DNA from: a virus
Lineage: Duplodnaviria > Caudoviricetes
Length of the DNA: 64,000 nucleotides
IMG/VR virus record: IMGVR_UViG_3300024229_000651
Reading direction: 5' to 3' (one strand)
The translations under genes were made by a program, and so were the position numbers. Positions 9,869 through 19,349 of this stretch are shown piece by piece; position 1 is the stretch's first letter, and the number at the start of each line of letters is the position of its first letter. The notes below the pieces were generated by a model. It was not told the origin of the DNA. It worked only from the letters and a program-made list of their open reading frames with translations, and did not search any database.

Positions 9869-10289
9869 CTTGTGTACCTAATGTCTCTGTCTCTATACTG
9901 TCTTGTTCCACGCTGTCAAAAACTTCTGCTGTTGCATTATTAGCACGATCCTCAATCATCTGTGGACGTAACCTAGCTAATTTTGTAAAATTGTGATTAG
10001 CAAAAATTTGCATGGCTTCTTTTGCTTGCGCTTCCCATTGTGAGGACTGTGTTGCAAGTGTACCTATTTGTGCAATTTGCTTTTTATTAGACTCTTCTAA
10101 GCCTCTGATAGTTTGCTCGTTCAATTGTGCGGCAGTCTGGAGTGCAACATTCTGTTGATTTAGTACATCTATCTGTTGTTGCTGATTTGATATTCTAGTT
10201 TCTAATTGACCAACAACAAATTTATGTGCACCGTATCCGACGCCTGCCAATAGTATAATTAGTGGTAATGCTTTTATAAATCCTAACAT
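9855..10289 (-). CDS. Probable i-spanin (Rz-like)
   Basis: Single N-terminal TM helix followed by a long Q-rich coiled coil; paired with the lipoprotein. Confidence 0.65.
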   Translation of the reverse strand: MLGFIKALPLIILLAGVGYGAHKFVVGQLETRISNQQQQIDVLNQQNVALQTAAQLNEQTIRGLEESNKKQIAQIGTLATQSSQWEAQAKEAMQIFANHNFTKLARLRPQMIEDRANNATAEVFDSVEQDSIETETLGTQDETN

Positions 10290-11044
10290 GGTTTCGCTAC
10301 TAACACTCTATCAGTTTCCGTATTATGGAAAACGATATGTTTGTTAATAGGCACAATACTTAAATTTCCTTTTATACTACTTAATTGACTTAGTAAGTGG
10401 GGGTCAAAATCTGTGTCTATTGCAAGATCGTTTAATCCGGATTCTTCGAGTGGAAGTTTCCCTTCTCCGATTGTTACAAATTCTAATGTTGTGTTATATC
10501 TGTAATCTTTTAAATTTAGTTTGTTTTCTTGGAAGGTAACTTCCAATGCGTTCGATCCTGTAAAAAATTCTAACACAGACTCTTCGAACTTGGATTGCTT
10601 GTCGTTATCAAAATCTTCTTTGGTCATGTACTCGTCAGGCGATTCTATAATATATGTGGATAGTAAATCTGATGATATGTCAATTTCTTCTTCTGACAAT
10701 AATGGTTTCACTGTCCAATCAGCTTCGCCAATTAAGTTATACATATCCGAGACCATTTCTTTTATAGTGCTGAGTACGCCTTCTTTCCTATCCATCTCAA
10801 CAAATACCATATAATAGTTTTCTTGATTTGGATTTGGAGTAACTTCCACATCCCTTATATCAAAATGACTCTTGCTTAAAAACTTTGCAAGGTCATCGCC
10901 TGCACTTTGTTCTGTTACATAAAATCCCACCACAGCAACATTTTCTTTTTCGCCTGTCTTAGGTTCAAACTCATCAAACGATATGTTTGGTACGAGTACA
11001 TCTTTTAAATCTTTGTGGTTTAGATTTTCGTTAACTATAGACAT
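10283..11044 (-). CDS. Hypothetical protein, 253 aa, acidic
   Basis: Clean ORF co-oriented in the operon; no family recognised. Confidence 0.7.
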   Translation of the reverse strand: MSIVNENLNHKDLKDVLVPNISFDEFEPKTGEKENVAVVGFYVTEQSAGDDLAKFLSKSHFDIRDVEVTPNPNQENYYMVFVEMDRKEGVLSTIKEMVSDMYNLIGEADWTVKPLLSEEEIDISSDLLSTYIIESPDEYMTKEDFDNDKQSKFEESVLEFFTGSNALEVTFQENKLNLKDYRYNTTLEFVTIGEGKLPLEESGLNDLAIDTDFDPHLLSQLSSIKGNLSIVPINKHIVFHNTETDRVLVAKPC

Positions 11045-11045
11045 A

Positions 11046-11603
11046 TTATACTACACCCGGGTCTGTTGCGGCATCTAATGTGTCACCAGCAATAGCAGGT
11101 TGTTCAGCAACACCCATGTCTTGGGCACCAGCGACATCCTCCATGTTTACATACGCATCTTCAGCAGCTTCTATTTGTTCGGTACTGAATTCATCTACGA
11201 ACCGTCTGGGCATTTTGATCTCAACTATCCAAACGTCATCTTTCGCAGGCTTCGCTACACGCCTAGCCTGATCCCCTCGCATTTTGATTTCTGTATCTTC
11301 TAAGCTATTAATTTTACTCGGTCTCAATAGCTGATCTTTGTACATCCTAACATCACATTGGTTGCTTTCCAAACGCTTAATAGCATCTGGATCTGGCATA
11401 TCCTTGTAAGGATACATAATCGACACTTCAACAAAGTATCTGCTTAACTTAGGCCCTTCAACAATTTCACCGGTGCGCCAGTTTCTGTAAGCATAAATGT
11501 CGAAACTGTCTAGTACACCTTCAAATTCTAAAAGCATGTCCAATAAAGTATTAGTATCAGACACTTTTCGAATGTTATCATTAATTATTTTCAATGTTCG
11601 CAT
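11046..11603 (-). CDS. Hypothetical protein
   Basis: ATG start (MRTLKI) at 11603 with AAGGA SD; ATAAATA at 11626-11632. Confidence 0.7.
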   Translation of the reverse strand: MRTLKIINDNIRKVSDTNTLLDMLLEFEGVLDSFDIYAYRNWRTGEIVEGPKLSRYFVEVSIMYPYKDMPDPDAIKRLESNQCDVRMYKDQLLRPSKINSLEDTEIKMRGDQARRVAKPAKDDVWIVEIKMPRRFVDEFSTEQIEAAEDAYVNMEDVAGAQDMGVAEQPAIAGDTLDAATDPGVV

Positions 11604-11821
11604 TGGATATTCCTTGTAATGCAAGTATTTATCAAAAGTAGAACAACAAATGACAGAATTTTAAACAACTGTGTTAATAGTACACACATACACACTAAAT
11701 ATTTTTTGAGTATGATAAGTCTACAAACATTACAGCGTCCTCAACTATACCCCAATATGTTATTCGGCTATAAATTTGTAGCCAGCCATACTCACGACAA
11801 GACAAAGACGGAGGTCGTATC

Positions 11822-12577
11822 ATGTCTAGAAAGAAACGCAAAGAGCGCCAATCAAAAACAAGATTTATGGAGAACTCACATTTGACAGTAATTACGGGTG
11901 GAAATCAAGCAGAACAATACATACAAACATATAGTAAGGAGGTGAGAATATTACCAAGAAACATTAAACAAGATACTCTGCTAGAAACACTTGAGGACTC
12001 AACTAAACCTATAGTTTTTGCTACAGGCCCAGCTGGTACCGGTAAAACAATGATTAGCACATTATACGCTATACGAGAATTTAAAAAGGGTAACATTGAT
12101 AAGATCATTATCACAAGACCCGCAGTTAGCGTAGATGAGCAACACGGTTTTTTACCTGGTACACTTCAAGAAAAAATGGCACCATGGACTAGGCCCATTT
12201 TTGATATTTTTGAGGAGTATTTCAACCCTAAAGAAATTGAAACATTGATCGAATATAATAAAATAGAGATAGCCCCTCTAGCATATATGCGAGGTCGAAC
12301 ATTTAAAAATGCTGTGATCTTAGCCGACGAGATGCAAAATGCAACTAAGGAACAAATGAAGATGTTGCTAACACGTATTGGTGATAATAGCCAGCTCGTT
12401 GTGAACGGAGATCTTAATCAGCATGATAGAGGCTACGAGACAAACGGTCTCAAAGATTTTTTACATCATTTAGAAAGCTGTAATAGCAAAATGATAGGAG
12501 CAGTCGAATTTACTACTAAGGAGGTAGAGAGACATCCGGCTGTATCAGAAGTTCTTAAGATTTATCAACAAGAGTAG
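11822..12577 (+). CDS. phoH: PhoH family ATPase
   Basis: GPAGTGKT, IITRPAV, GFLPG, LAYMRGRTF, DEMQN, GDLNQHD; GGAGG SD. Confidence 0.93.
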   Translation: MSRKKRKERQSKTRFMENSHLTVITGGNQAEQYIQTYSKEVRILPRNIKQDTLLETLEDSTKPIVFATGPAGTGKTMISTLYAIREFKKGNIDKIIITRPAVSVDEQHGFLPGTLQEKMAPWTRPIFDIFEEYFNPKEIETLIEYNKIEIAPLAYMRGRTFKNAVILADEMQNATKEQMKMLLTRIGDNSQLVVNGDLNQHDRGYETNGLKDFLHHLESCNSKMIGAVEFTTKEVERHPAVSEVLKIYQQE

Positions 12578-12794
12578 TTATAACTTTTAAGAGTTGTTCA
12601 CACAGTGGACCGAATTGATTATCTTCTATATCGTGGAGTTCTCTCATTCGGTCCACTGCACTCTGTACAGATCTCAGCGGATCTGCACTACCTTGCTCAA
12701 TGTGCTTCCACACAAATCCACTAGGCTTAAACTCCGGTTCCTTGAGAATCTCTGCTACAAGATCAATCATATTCGCTGTATCGAATAGCAGCAA
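12555..12794 (-). CDS. Hypothetical protein, 79 aa
   Basis: ORF filling the gap in the minus-strand operon. Confidence 0.55.
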   Translation of the reverse strand: MLLFDTANMIDLVAEILKEPEFKPSGFVWKHIEQGSADPLRSVQSAVDRMRELHDIEDNQFGPLCEQLLKVITTLVDKS

Positions 12795-13290
12795 AATACG
12801 AGTTGTGCTCGTCTACATCTATCATGCCCTTAACGCTATCAAACAGCTCGTCTACGCAACGTTTAATATTATATGAGTTGTAGTCGCAGGTAATAATATA
12901 TCCGCCTGGTTCTAGCATAGCATACATGCGCTCAAACGAAGCACGTATTTTAGGATAAAGGGCTTCGTCTGGCACTCCGGGAATCATGTTGGGTATGGAA
13001 CAAAAAATTATATCATGCAACACATCGGGGGGTTCTGCATTACCCATTATGTTATATTCTGTAAAATTTTCGTCCAAGCCTTTATAGCGACCGTTTGTTG
13101 GTCTAAAGATATTTTGTGTATAATCGTCGTAAATTTTTACATCAAGGTCATTGTCTATTAGGAACTGGGCTAGTTCTTTATCGCCTCTGCCATACTCAAA
13201 TAGCCCAACTGTTTTAACTGGCCATTTGTTAAAATATTCATTAAAGACAACGTTATGAGTAGAATCATAATTTTCGAGTTGGAAGTCCAT
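12763..13290 (-). CDS. Possible class I SAM-methyltransferase-fold protein
   Basis: EYGRGD, HDIIFC and MLEPGGYII resemble motif I, post-II and the LxPGG segment. Confidence 0.45.
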   Translation of the reverse strand: MDFQLENYDSTHNVVFNEYFNKWPVKTVGLFEYGRGDKELAQFLIDNDLDVKIYDDYTQNIFRPTNGRYKGLDENFTEYNIMGNAEPPDVLHDIIFCSIPNMIPGVPDEALYPKIRASFERMYAMLEPGGYIITCDYNSYNIKRCVDELFDSVKGMIDVDEHNSYFAAIRYSEYD

Positions 13291-13304
13291 GTGTGTCCTG
13301 TGTA

Positions 13305-13613
13305 TTAGTAAATTTTTCTTACATCGTAGCCCACGGGATTGACAACTTTTATTTCGTGTGTGACCCCGAGCAAATCTACAAATATAATGTGTGTTGTACT
13401 TAGTTTTTTAAGTGCTTTAGCTCTATATGTTTTGGGGGACGTTGACTCTATACGTGAACCATCGTCCATGAACTTAACTGCGCTTGGGAAAAATATTGTT
13501 AGTTCCCACTCTTCTCTCCAAAGTGTTCGCCACCAATGTCTAATTCTAGCCCAGGCACTCAGCTTGACAACTTTAATGTCTTCTTCTTGTGTGATCTTTT
13601 CTAATTCAGCCAT
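13305..13613 (-). CDS. Hypothetical protein, 102 aa
   Basis: ATAAATA (13619-13625) 5 nt before the ATG. Confidence 0.65.
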   Translation of the reverse strand: MAELEKITQEEDIKVVKLSAWARIRHWWRTLWREEWELTIFFPSAVKFMDDGSRIESTSPKTYRAKALKKLSTTHIIFVDLLGVTHEIKVVNPVGYDVRKIY

Positions 13614-13625
13614 AGCAGTATTTAT

Positions 13626-14549
13626 CTACATACTGTTCATTTGTAGTTCCACAAGAGTTGCACTAAGATTGATTTCAGGGTCAGCTACAGCAATACTTTT
13701 TGCTATGCCGTTTCTGATAATCACAATAGCTTGATCCTGCTGTTGCTCTGTGTTACCCCATAGTTGTAAGTTCCTGTACATAAACCTATACACGTCATCA
13801 TATTCTTCCGGACGAGCTTGGCTTACAATCATTGTTCTTGCATCTTTATACTTGCCTGCTTTAAACAATTCTACAGCACTTAACATCCAATCACTCTGGC
13901 TTTTGTCACCGGCTTGTGGTTTTTGTAGTGCGTTATCAACAACATTCTGTTGTAACAAATTGATACTTTTACGCAAGTCTGGATAACTTGCTTGTACATA
14001 GGTGTCCAATGTTTCTAAATCTACTGCTACATTTTCCGCAATACAAATAGTTGCTAACCTAGCAGTAAATTCTTTAATGTCTAACTTCTCAATATGAAAG
14101 CCCTGGCATCTGCTGTGCAATGCAGGAATAATTCTGTTTGGATAGTTACAAGTGAGTATAAACCTACAACTAGTATGGTACATCTCCATTACACCGCGGA
14201 GTGCTGCCTGACCATTAGGCGTGATGTAATCAGCCTCATCTAGCAACACATACTTCATGTCTCCAAACGGCATTGTGCCACTAAAGTTTGTGATTTTATT
14301 TCTTATTGTGTCTACGTTATTTTCGTTACTAGCATTAATTTCCAGTATGTCCATACTGTCAACATCTAGCTCTTTCAGTAAAACTTTTGCAAGTGTTGTC
14401 TTGCCAGTTCCAGGCGCACCACTGAACAGTAAGTGCGGAAGTGCTCCTTCGTTAACCCAGCTACTGACTTGGGTTCGCTGACTGTCATCTCTAAACACAT
14501 AGTCTGTGATATTATTAGGACGGTATTTCTCTACCCAAAGTTCTTTCAT
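13626..14549 (-). CDS. Sliding-clamp loader small subunit (RFC/T4 gp44-like AAA+)
   Basis: LWVEKYRP, HLLFSGAPGTGKTT, LEINAS, LLDEAD, Q.ALR, SRC motif. Confidence 0.92.
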   Translation of the reverse strand: MKELWVEKYRPNNITDYVFRDDSQRTQVSSWVNEGALPHLLFSGAPGTGKTTLAKVLLKELDVDSMDILEINASNENNVDTIRNKITNFSGTMPFGDMKYVLLDEADYITPNGQAALRGVMEMYHTSCRFILTCNYPNRIIPALHSRCQGFHIEKLDIKEFTARLATICIAENVAVDLETLDTYVQASYPDLRKSINLLQQNVVDNALQKPQAGDKSQSDWMLSAVELFKAGKYKDARTMIVSQARPEEYDDVYRFMYRNLQLWGNTEQQQDQAIVIIRNGIAKSIAVADPEINLSATLVELQMNSM

Positions 14550-14584
14550 TACGGTGTCTCAAAGGTTAGTTGTATTTGTGTATT

Positions 14585-14613
14585 ATTATAGCGTAAAAGA
14601 CGCTGAGTGTCAA
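14585..14613 (-). promoter_or_regulatory. Perfect sigma70 consensus promoter
   Basis: TTGACA-17-TATAAT upstream of the clamp loader gene. Confidence 0.8.
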
Positions 14614-14786
14614 GACTTATTTGGTGCTCTTCCGCTTTCAACACCTACACCCATTAGTATAAGTGTCACAGCGGCTGTGAGCCAAGCAGAGTGTAAGTCT
14701 CCAAAGATAACTCCAGCGAGCACAACACATCCCGCTAAACCCAAAGTGGAAACTCCTACTCTATTATTTTGTTCTGGTAGTTTCAT
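14610..14786 (-). CDS. Small two-TM membrane protein, 58 aa (not in ORF track)
   Basis: MKLPEQNNRVGVSTLGLAGCVVLAGVIFGDLHSAWLTAAVTLILMGVGVESGRAPNKS; ATG 2 nt after the groES stop. Confidence 0.65.
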   Translation of the reverse strand: MKLPEQNNRVGVSTLGLAGCVVLAGVIFGDLHSAWLTAAVTLILMGVGVESGRAPNKS

Positions 14787-14788
14787 TC

Positions 14789-15154
14789 TTAGTCCAAGCC
14801 GCCTCTAAAGGACTCGAACTGACCTAGCACTGCACCTTCGGGAGGTTCATCTGCAATTAACATGCATGCAACTGGATCTACCTTCCACACTTTCTTAATA
14901 TTGCCTTCAGTGTCAAAAGCATCATCTTGCATGTCCATGGCTTCAGTCCATCTTCCGTATTCTACATACACCCAATCATCCTGTTTACACCAGTCAATCT
15001 CAGGACCAACTGCATGTACCTTAAACCATCTTGGGTGAATGCCTTCGTCTTTGCCAATAGTCTTTTGTATAATGATACCGGACTGCGTTTGTTGCTCGCC
15101 GAAGTTTGCATCAACACAAAGTATGTTGTCACCTATTGCTCTTAACTTAGGCAT
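14789..15154 (-). CDS. groES: GroES-like co-chaperonin
   Basis: KLRAIGDNILC...QSGIII...VHAVGP...DWVYVEYGRWTE pattern of phage cpn10. Confidence 0.75.
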   Translation of the reverse strand: MPKLRAIGDNILCVDANFGEQQTQSGIIIQKTIGKDEGIHPRWFKVHAVGPEIDWCKQDDWVYVEYGRWTEAMDMQDDAFDTEGNIKKVWKVDPVACMLIADEPPEGAVLGQFESFRGGLD

Positions 15155-15597
15155 TACTCGTCCTCGTTTGTGTAGAATGGAACCATTTGAATATCACCGT
15201 TAGGTAATTCCACTTCCTTATATCCAAGAGGTTCCATATCATCAGGAGCACCAAACTCGTCAGGCTCTACTGCTGGTGTGGGAGGAACTGCTTTTGCTTC
15301 CTCAGTTGCTCGAGCTTTTCCAGTTTTAACAACTGGCGCCATATCAGACTCAGTAGTTTGTTGCTCGTCTGGCATAGGTCCTTTTAGTGAACTTTTCTGT
15401 GCCGTGTCAGTTTTAGGATTAGCTTTATGATGCTCCCTAGCACGATCCTCGGCTTTTTGTATTACCTTACCACCTTTGCCGATAACATCGCCTCTCGCAT
15501 TCACTTTCATATTGCCTACGGCCGGTTCGTCGCCCTGCTGTGCAATAAGTGTCTGGAAGTCAATAATCTTGCCTCTGTTTGATCTATGTTGTACCAT
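15154..15597 (-). CDS. Hypothetical protein, 147 aa
   Basis: Clean ORF coupled to its neighbours by overlapping stop/start codons. Confidence 0.7.
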   Translation of the reverse strand: MVQHRSNRGKIIDFQTLIAQQGDEPAVGNMKVNARGDVIGKGGKVIQKAEDRAREHHKANPKTDTAQKSSLKGPMPDEQQTTESDMAPVVKTGKARATEEAKAVPPTPAVEPDEFGAPDDMEPLGYKEVELPNGDIQMVPFYTNEDE

Positions 15598-16110
15598 TTA
15601 ACCCTCTTTTAAAAATTCTGTTATGTCCAAGTTATATTTAATGCTGTTTATCTTATGCACACCAATTAAAAATAGAACATAACTGGCTACACTACTGCCT
15701 CTACCTACTCCCCAAACACAATTGTTAGATCTCATAGTGTCTATAATATATATCAACAACTGTAACATGGGATATAAGTTTCTGGCTTTGTATAGTGCTA
15801 ATTCCTCGTCTACTCTGTTAAGGGCCTCCAGGTTATCAGACTGGTCCTCTGCTTGGGGAATTAGCTTTCTAATATAATCCTCAACATCTATATCTCTATA
15901 ATGCTGTGGTATATTAAAAACTGCCGTTCTATCGTAATCTTCGTCTGCCAGCAAGGACATACAATTCATGTCAAGTTCTTCACAAAACTTGTTGTACTGT
16001 TGTAAGTCGCTAGATTCCACAAATTCTGTTTGTGCAATATCGGCATCTCTGTATAACAGTTCAATACCGTCAAATTCTGATGTCTGGTGTCTATTAAATT
16101 TATCTAACAT
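15598..16110 (-). CDS. dnaE: DNA polymerase III alpha (DnaE)-like fragment, 170 aa
   Basis: RVDEELALY...LQLLIYIIDTMRSNNCVWGVGRGSSVASYVLFLIGVHKI matches the DnaE GRGS palm segment; ends before the PDxDxD motif. Confidence 0.75.
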   Translation of the reverse strand: MLDKFNRHQTSEFDGIELLYRDADIAQTEFVESSDLQQYNKFCEELDMNCMSLLADEDYDRTAVFNIPQHYRDIDVEDYIRKLIPQAEDQSDNLEALNRVDEELALYKARNLYPMLQLLIYIIDTMRSNNCVWGVGRGSSVASYVLFLIGVHKINSIKYNLDITEFLKEG

Positions 16111-16116
16111 GTGCTA

Positions 16117-16145
16117 ATAATACATGATATTGCATTCATTGTCAA
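16117..16145 (-). promoter_or_regulatory. sigma70-like promoter, leaderless spacing
   Basis: TTGACA-17-TATTAT, 6 nt to the ATG. Confidence 0.7.
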
Positions 16146-16150
16146 GAAGT

Positions 16151-16936
16151 TTATACTAAAGTAGGTTTCCACTTTTGTTTATCCCTGGCGATCTTTTCAA
16201 AGTCGATTTCTATGACCTCAGCTGGAGAGTTTGTACCAAGTATATCTCTTACTTGATCTTCAATTTGCTCAAAGTCACTAGTAATATTATCTTCTGCATC
16301 ACAAATGTTTAAGCGAATTTTATCCACGTCTTCTTGTGAAAGTGCAAAATTGTCATATGTTGTAACATCATCTCGCATCCACCATGGGTTTTTCCATATA
16401 CTAAGTTCGCCCATAAATTCTTCCTGACTTGGCAAGGATTCAGGATATTCGCCGTCTAAATCAGAATATTCAAACACAGTGTTTGTGTCGTTTTCTTTTA
16501 GTACTATGTCGGTTACTATGATGCCTTCTTTGCATAGGGTGTTAAGTTTTGCATACAAGCAGAGTCCCAGTATTGTAAAATTCAATGAGGGTGTAACAAT
16601 TAACATATTTTCAGAAGCACTAAAATGCCTATTAATCATATCGGTACCATCTTTTTCATACCATATACTGTTGTCAATATAATTCTGTAAAAAATGCTCT
16701 ATCTTATGTACTGTGACATTTTGATTAAACGTGAGTTCGTCTAACTCCATTTCCGAATCAATAGCACTTGACTTCCAACAAATGTTATAAGATGCTGATT
16801 GGATAAATTCTAGTTCATCCCCTTGTTCGTTTTGTGTTGCACAAGATACACAAAAGTCTGTGCTCTTTGCTAATTTAATCGTTTTTATCATCATTGCTAT
16901 CCTTTTTGGCATAAAATGCTGCGAGGTCTTGCACAA
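16151..16936 (-). CDS. Hypothetical protein, possible degenerate QueD/T-fold
   Basis: Middle region can be aligned by eye with the QueD at 61460 but lacks the His/Cys catalytic motif. Confidence 0.4.
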   Translation of the reverse strand: MCKTSQHFMPKRIAMMIKTIKLAKSTDFCVSCATQNEQGDELEFIQSASYNICWKSSAIDSEMELDELTFNQNVTVHKIEHFLQNYIDNSIWYEKDGTDMINRHFSASENMLIVTPSLNFTILGLCLYAKLNTLCKEGIIVTDIVLKENDTNTVFEYSDLDGEYPESLPSQEEFMGELSIWKNPWWMRDDVTTYDNFALSQEDVDKIRLNICDAEDNITSDFEQIEDQVRDILGTNSPAEVIEIDFEKIARDKQKWKPTLV

Positions 16937-17213
16937 TTTTTTGACTTTCGTCTTGATAGTCTGGGTGCACTAGATCCGATGATATTGTGCCTATCTCTGT
17001 GACTGTTTCTAATTGTACTTTGTTGTCTTTGTATGTATCCATGTACATCCTTTCTTGATATTCCATGTCAACTGCTTGTTTCATAGAATATACTACATCG
17101 TATAAAGGACTGCTACCTGGTATAACAAATAGTTTTTTATCGTACTCTCTTTGCTTTTCCTGTAGTTCTTGTAATGTCATACTGGAAAAATCTAATAAAG
17201 GATGTAGACTCAT
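16875..17213 (-). CDS. Hypothetical protein, 112 aa
   Basis: Co-oriented ORF with overlapping junctions. Confidence 0.6.
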   Translation of the reverse strand: MSLHPLLDFSSMTLQELQEKQREYDKKLFVIPGSSPLYDVVYSMKQAVDMEYQERMYMDTYKDNKVQLETVTEIGTISSDLVHPDYQDESQKIVQDLAAFYAKKDSNDDKND

Positions 17214-17563
17214 AACGACAACCTGTAGTATATTGCATCGTCCGATTGTCTAAATCTAACTATGTTACCTTTGATTATAAAATCCCAAAACTCTTTCAAC
17301 CCGTGGTCTTCTGCGGCATCTCTTAATTTTTGTTGGCCGTCATTAGAACGAGTATTAAATCTACCTTGGGGTATTTGATACATGCTTCCTGAAAGATAAT
17401 GACTGTTTCCTGGTAACTGTATTTCGTTATCTTTCCAGTTTTCCCAGCACATTGTAAAATATTCTGACCGTCCAGCTACACTTTTCAAATCAATGTTGTG
17501 TTTGTGTGATATCATATCAATTAGATGATTAGGATATATGCTGTTCAGTGTTTTTAATTTCAT
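17210..17563 (-). CDS. Hypothetical protein, 117 aa
   Basis: Co-oriented ORF. Confidence 0.6.
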   Translation of the reverse strand: MKLKTLNSIYPNHLIDMISHKHNIDLKSVAGRSEYFTMCWENWKDNEIQLPGNSHYLSGSMYQIPQGRFNTRSNDGQQKLRDAAEDHGLKEFWDFIIKGNIVRFRQSDDAIYYRLSL

Positions 17564-18422
17564 ATGATACTATCGATTCTTCGTTGACACCGTTATGATT
17601 AAATCTTTGACTAATGATTATGTCTAGATTCGGCAACGGATGTTTAATTTGTTTTTCAATAACATAACTTTTGGGTTTACCGTGTATGTTAAGTCCGTAG
17701 GCTTTTAATTTTTGCTTGCTAGGTAGTGGTACATCACTATTAACAGCATTGCTGTAAAACTGGTCTATATTCGATGAATGAGATGTTTCTGATAAATTAA
17801 ATCCCATAGTCGCATAGTCTGCTAGTACAGCAAATATGTCGCTGGTTGTTATAATTAATTTCTTAAATCTAGTTTCAGAAGTATTGTTATTCCATAAAAG
17901 ATTTAATCTGTTATTAACACAGGATATAGTAACAAAGCTCTCACTTTTCTTTATTACTTTAAAGTTCAGTTTATCTGCAAATTCATTCATAACATTTACA
18001 CTGCTATTATTTACAGTAAGTCCTACAACATAGTCTAACGGTAATGTGCCTGGTACCTCTGACATACTACTATCAAAATACTCATCGTAATTTTTCCTAA
18101 ACATATCTATAGGATAGGAATACACGTTGATTCCGTAGAACTTGCAAAAGTTTAGCCCTGTTGTAGTACACTTAACACTGCCGTCTAGGCAGTTATCACT
18201 GTTGAATCCTACACCGGATAAGCCAGTATCAGTGTCTGTCCTAGTATTCACTAGCATGATACACTTTCCCGCAACCCACATTGATGCAGTTTTAGATTTT
18301 GTTATTGACAACTTCTTAAACCCAAGCTGTCGAATAACAGTGTCGCACTCTTGGTAAGAGTGCGTATCAGGGTTCACGTTATATTCTATAAAGTTTAATT
18401 CAGCCATTACTTGCTGTATCAC
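17529..18422 (-). CDS. 4-hydroxyphenylpyruvate dioxygenase (HppD)-like VOC-fold protein, metal ligands apparently lost
   Basis: Colinear resemblance to HppD: LNFIEY, LGFKKLSITKSK, LDYVVG, KLIITTSDI, DIIISQRFNHNG. Confidence 0.6.
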   Translation of the reverse strand: MIQQVMAELNFIEYNVNPDTHSYQECDTVIRQLGFKKLSITKSKTASMWVAGKCIMLVNTRTDTDTGLSGVGFNSDNCLDGSVKCTTTGLNFCKFYGINVYSYPIDMFRKNYDEYFDSSMSEVPGTLPLDYVVGLTVNNSSVNVMNEFADKLNFKVIKKSESFVTISCVNNRLNLLWNNNTSETRFKKLIITTSDIFAVLADYATMGFNLSETSHSSNIDQFYSNAVNSDVPLPSKQKLKAYGLNIHGKPKSYVIEKQIKHPLPNLDIIISQRFNHNGVNEESIVSYEIKNTEQHIS

Positions 18423-18729
18423 ACTCTCCGCAGCATTCCGGTGTGCCGCAATTTGGATGTTCTTTTATCTCAGGAAGTAAATCCTCACCATAACGGCCAC
18501 GAGTTCTGTTGCCATCGCCGTTAAGTTCGGTTAAATCCTGCTGTACATAAGTATAGTCTCTATGGCTCGCATCAACTAATTCTCTGTACTTTGTTTTGTA
18601 CTCATTATTATCAACGGCGTCTCTGTACTTGGATTTGTACAGTGATAATTCCTTTTCCAAGAACTCTACTTTTTGTTGTAGTTCTTGTACAGTCGGCTTA
18701 TCGTTAGGGTCAAATATTGCTGGTTCCAT
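18400..18729 (-). CDS. Hypothetical protein with coiled coil and Cys-rich tail
   Basis: C-terminal HPNCGTPECCGECD. Confidence 0.6.
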   Translation of the reverse strand: MEPAIFDPNDKPTVQELQQKVEFLEKELSLYKSKYRDAVDNNEYKTKYRELVDASHRDYTYVQQDLTELNGDGNRTRGRYGEDLLPEIKEHPNCGTPECCGECDTASNG

Positions 18730-19322
18730 TACATCTCTCTTTTGTTTACCACAGTGTCAACTAGACCCATTGCCAATGCTTCTTGCGAAGTCAGGAAGTT
18801 GTCCCTGTCCATTGCAGATTCAAAGTCATTGTAGGACTTTCCAGCAGTGTTATGCTTGACATAAATTTCTGTAAGCTCACGCTTGATTCTAATAATCTCT
18901 TTAGCACGAATTTCAATGTCGCTTGCTTGCCCTTGGGCGCCGCCTAATGGTTGATGGATCATGTGCCTAGCGCCTGGTAACATGTAACGTTTACCTGTTG
19001 CGCCTGACTGAGCTAATAAACTCCCCATGCTTGCTGCCTGTCCCATTACGATAGTGCTTACTTCTGGATTAATGTATTGCATAGTATCATAGATTGCCAT
19101 ACCGGCAGTTACTACTCCGCCTGGACTATTAATATAAAAGCTAATATCCGCATTGGGGTCTTCTGCTTCTAAGAATAATAGCTGTGCACAAATGCTGTTT
19201 GACACCATGTCATTTACTTCTCCATTCAAAAATATAATTCTATCTTTGAGTAGTCTGCTGTAGATGTCATAACTACGCTCACCTGCGCTAGTCTTTTCTA
19301 TTACATACGGTACGAAATTCAT
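18729..19322 (-). CDS. clpP: ATP-dependent Clp protease proteolytic subunit
   Basis: [31 protein letters not shown] (Ser), MIHQP (His), DRD (Asp); GAGG SD; ATAAATA at 19343-19349. Confidence 0.96.
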   Translation of the reverse strand: MNFVPYVIEKTSAGERSYDIYSRLLKDRIIFLNGEVNDMVSNSICAQLLFLEAEDPNADISFYINSPGGVVTAGMAIYDTMQYINPEVSTIVMGQAASMGSLLAQSGATGKRYMLPGARHMIHQPLGGAQGQASDIEIRAKEIIRIKRELTEIYVKHNTAGKSYNDFESAMDRDNFLTSQEALAMGLVDTVVNKREM

Positions 19323-19349
19323 ATTAACCTCTTGTGGTATTGTATTTAT

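Noticed and set aside
11645-11700. Pho box upstream of phoH
   Set aside because: A single CTGTCAT half-site on the opposite strand, with no good partner at 11-bp spacing.
14808-14822. tRNA T-arm-like GTTCGAGTCC on the minus strand
   Set aside because: It lies inside the groES coding sequence and no cloverleaf can be formed.
15598-16110. Split intein in the DnaE fragment
   Set aside because: No intein N-terminal block after the breakpoint; the protein simply ends.
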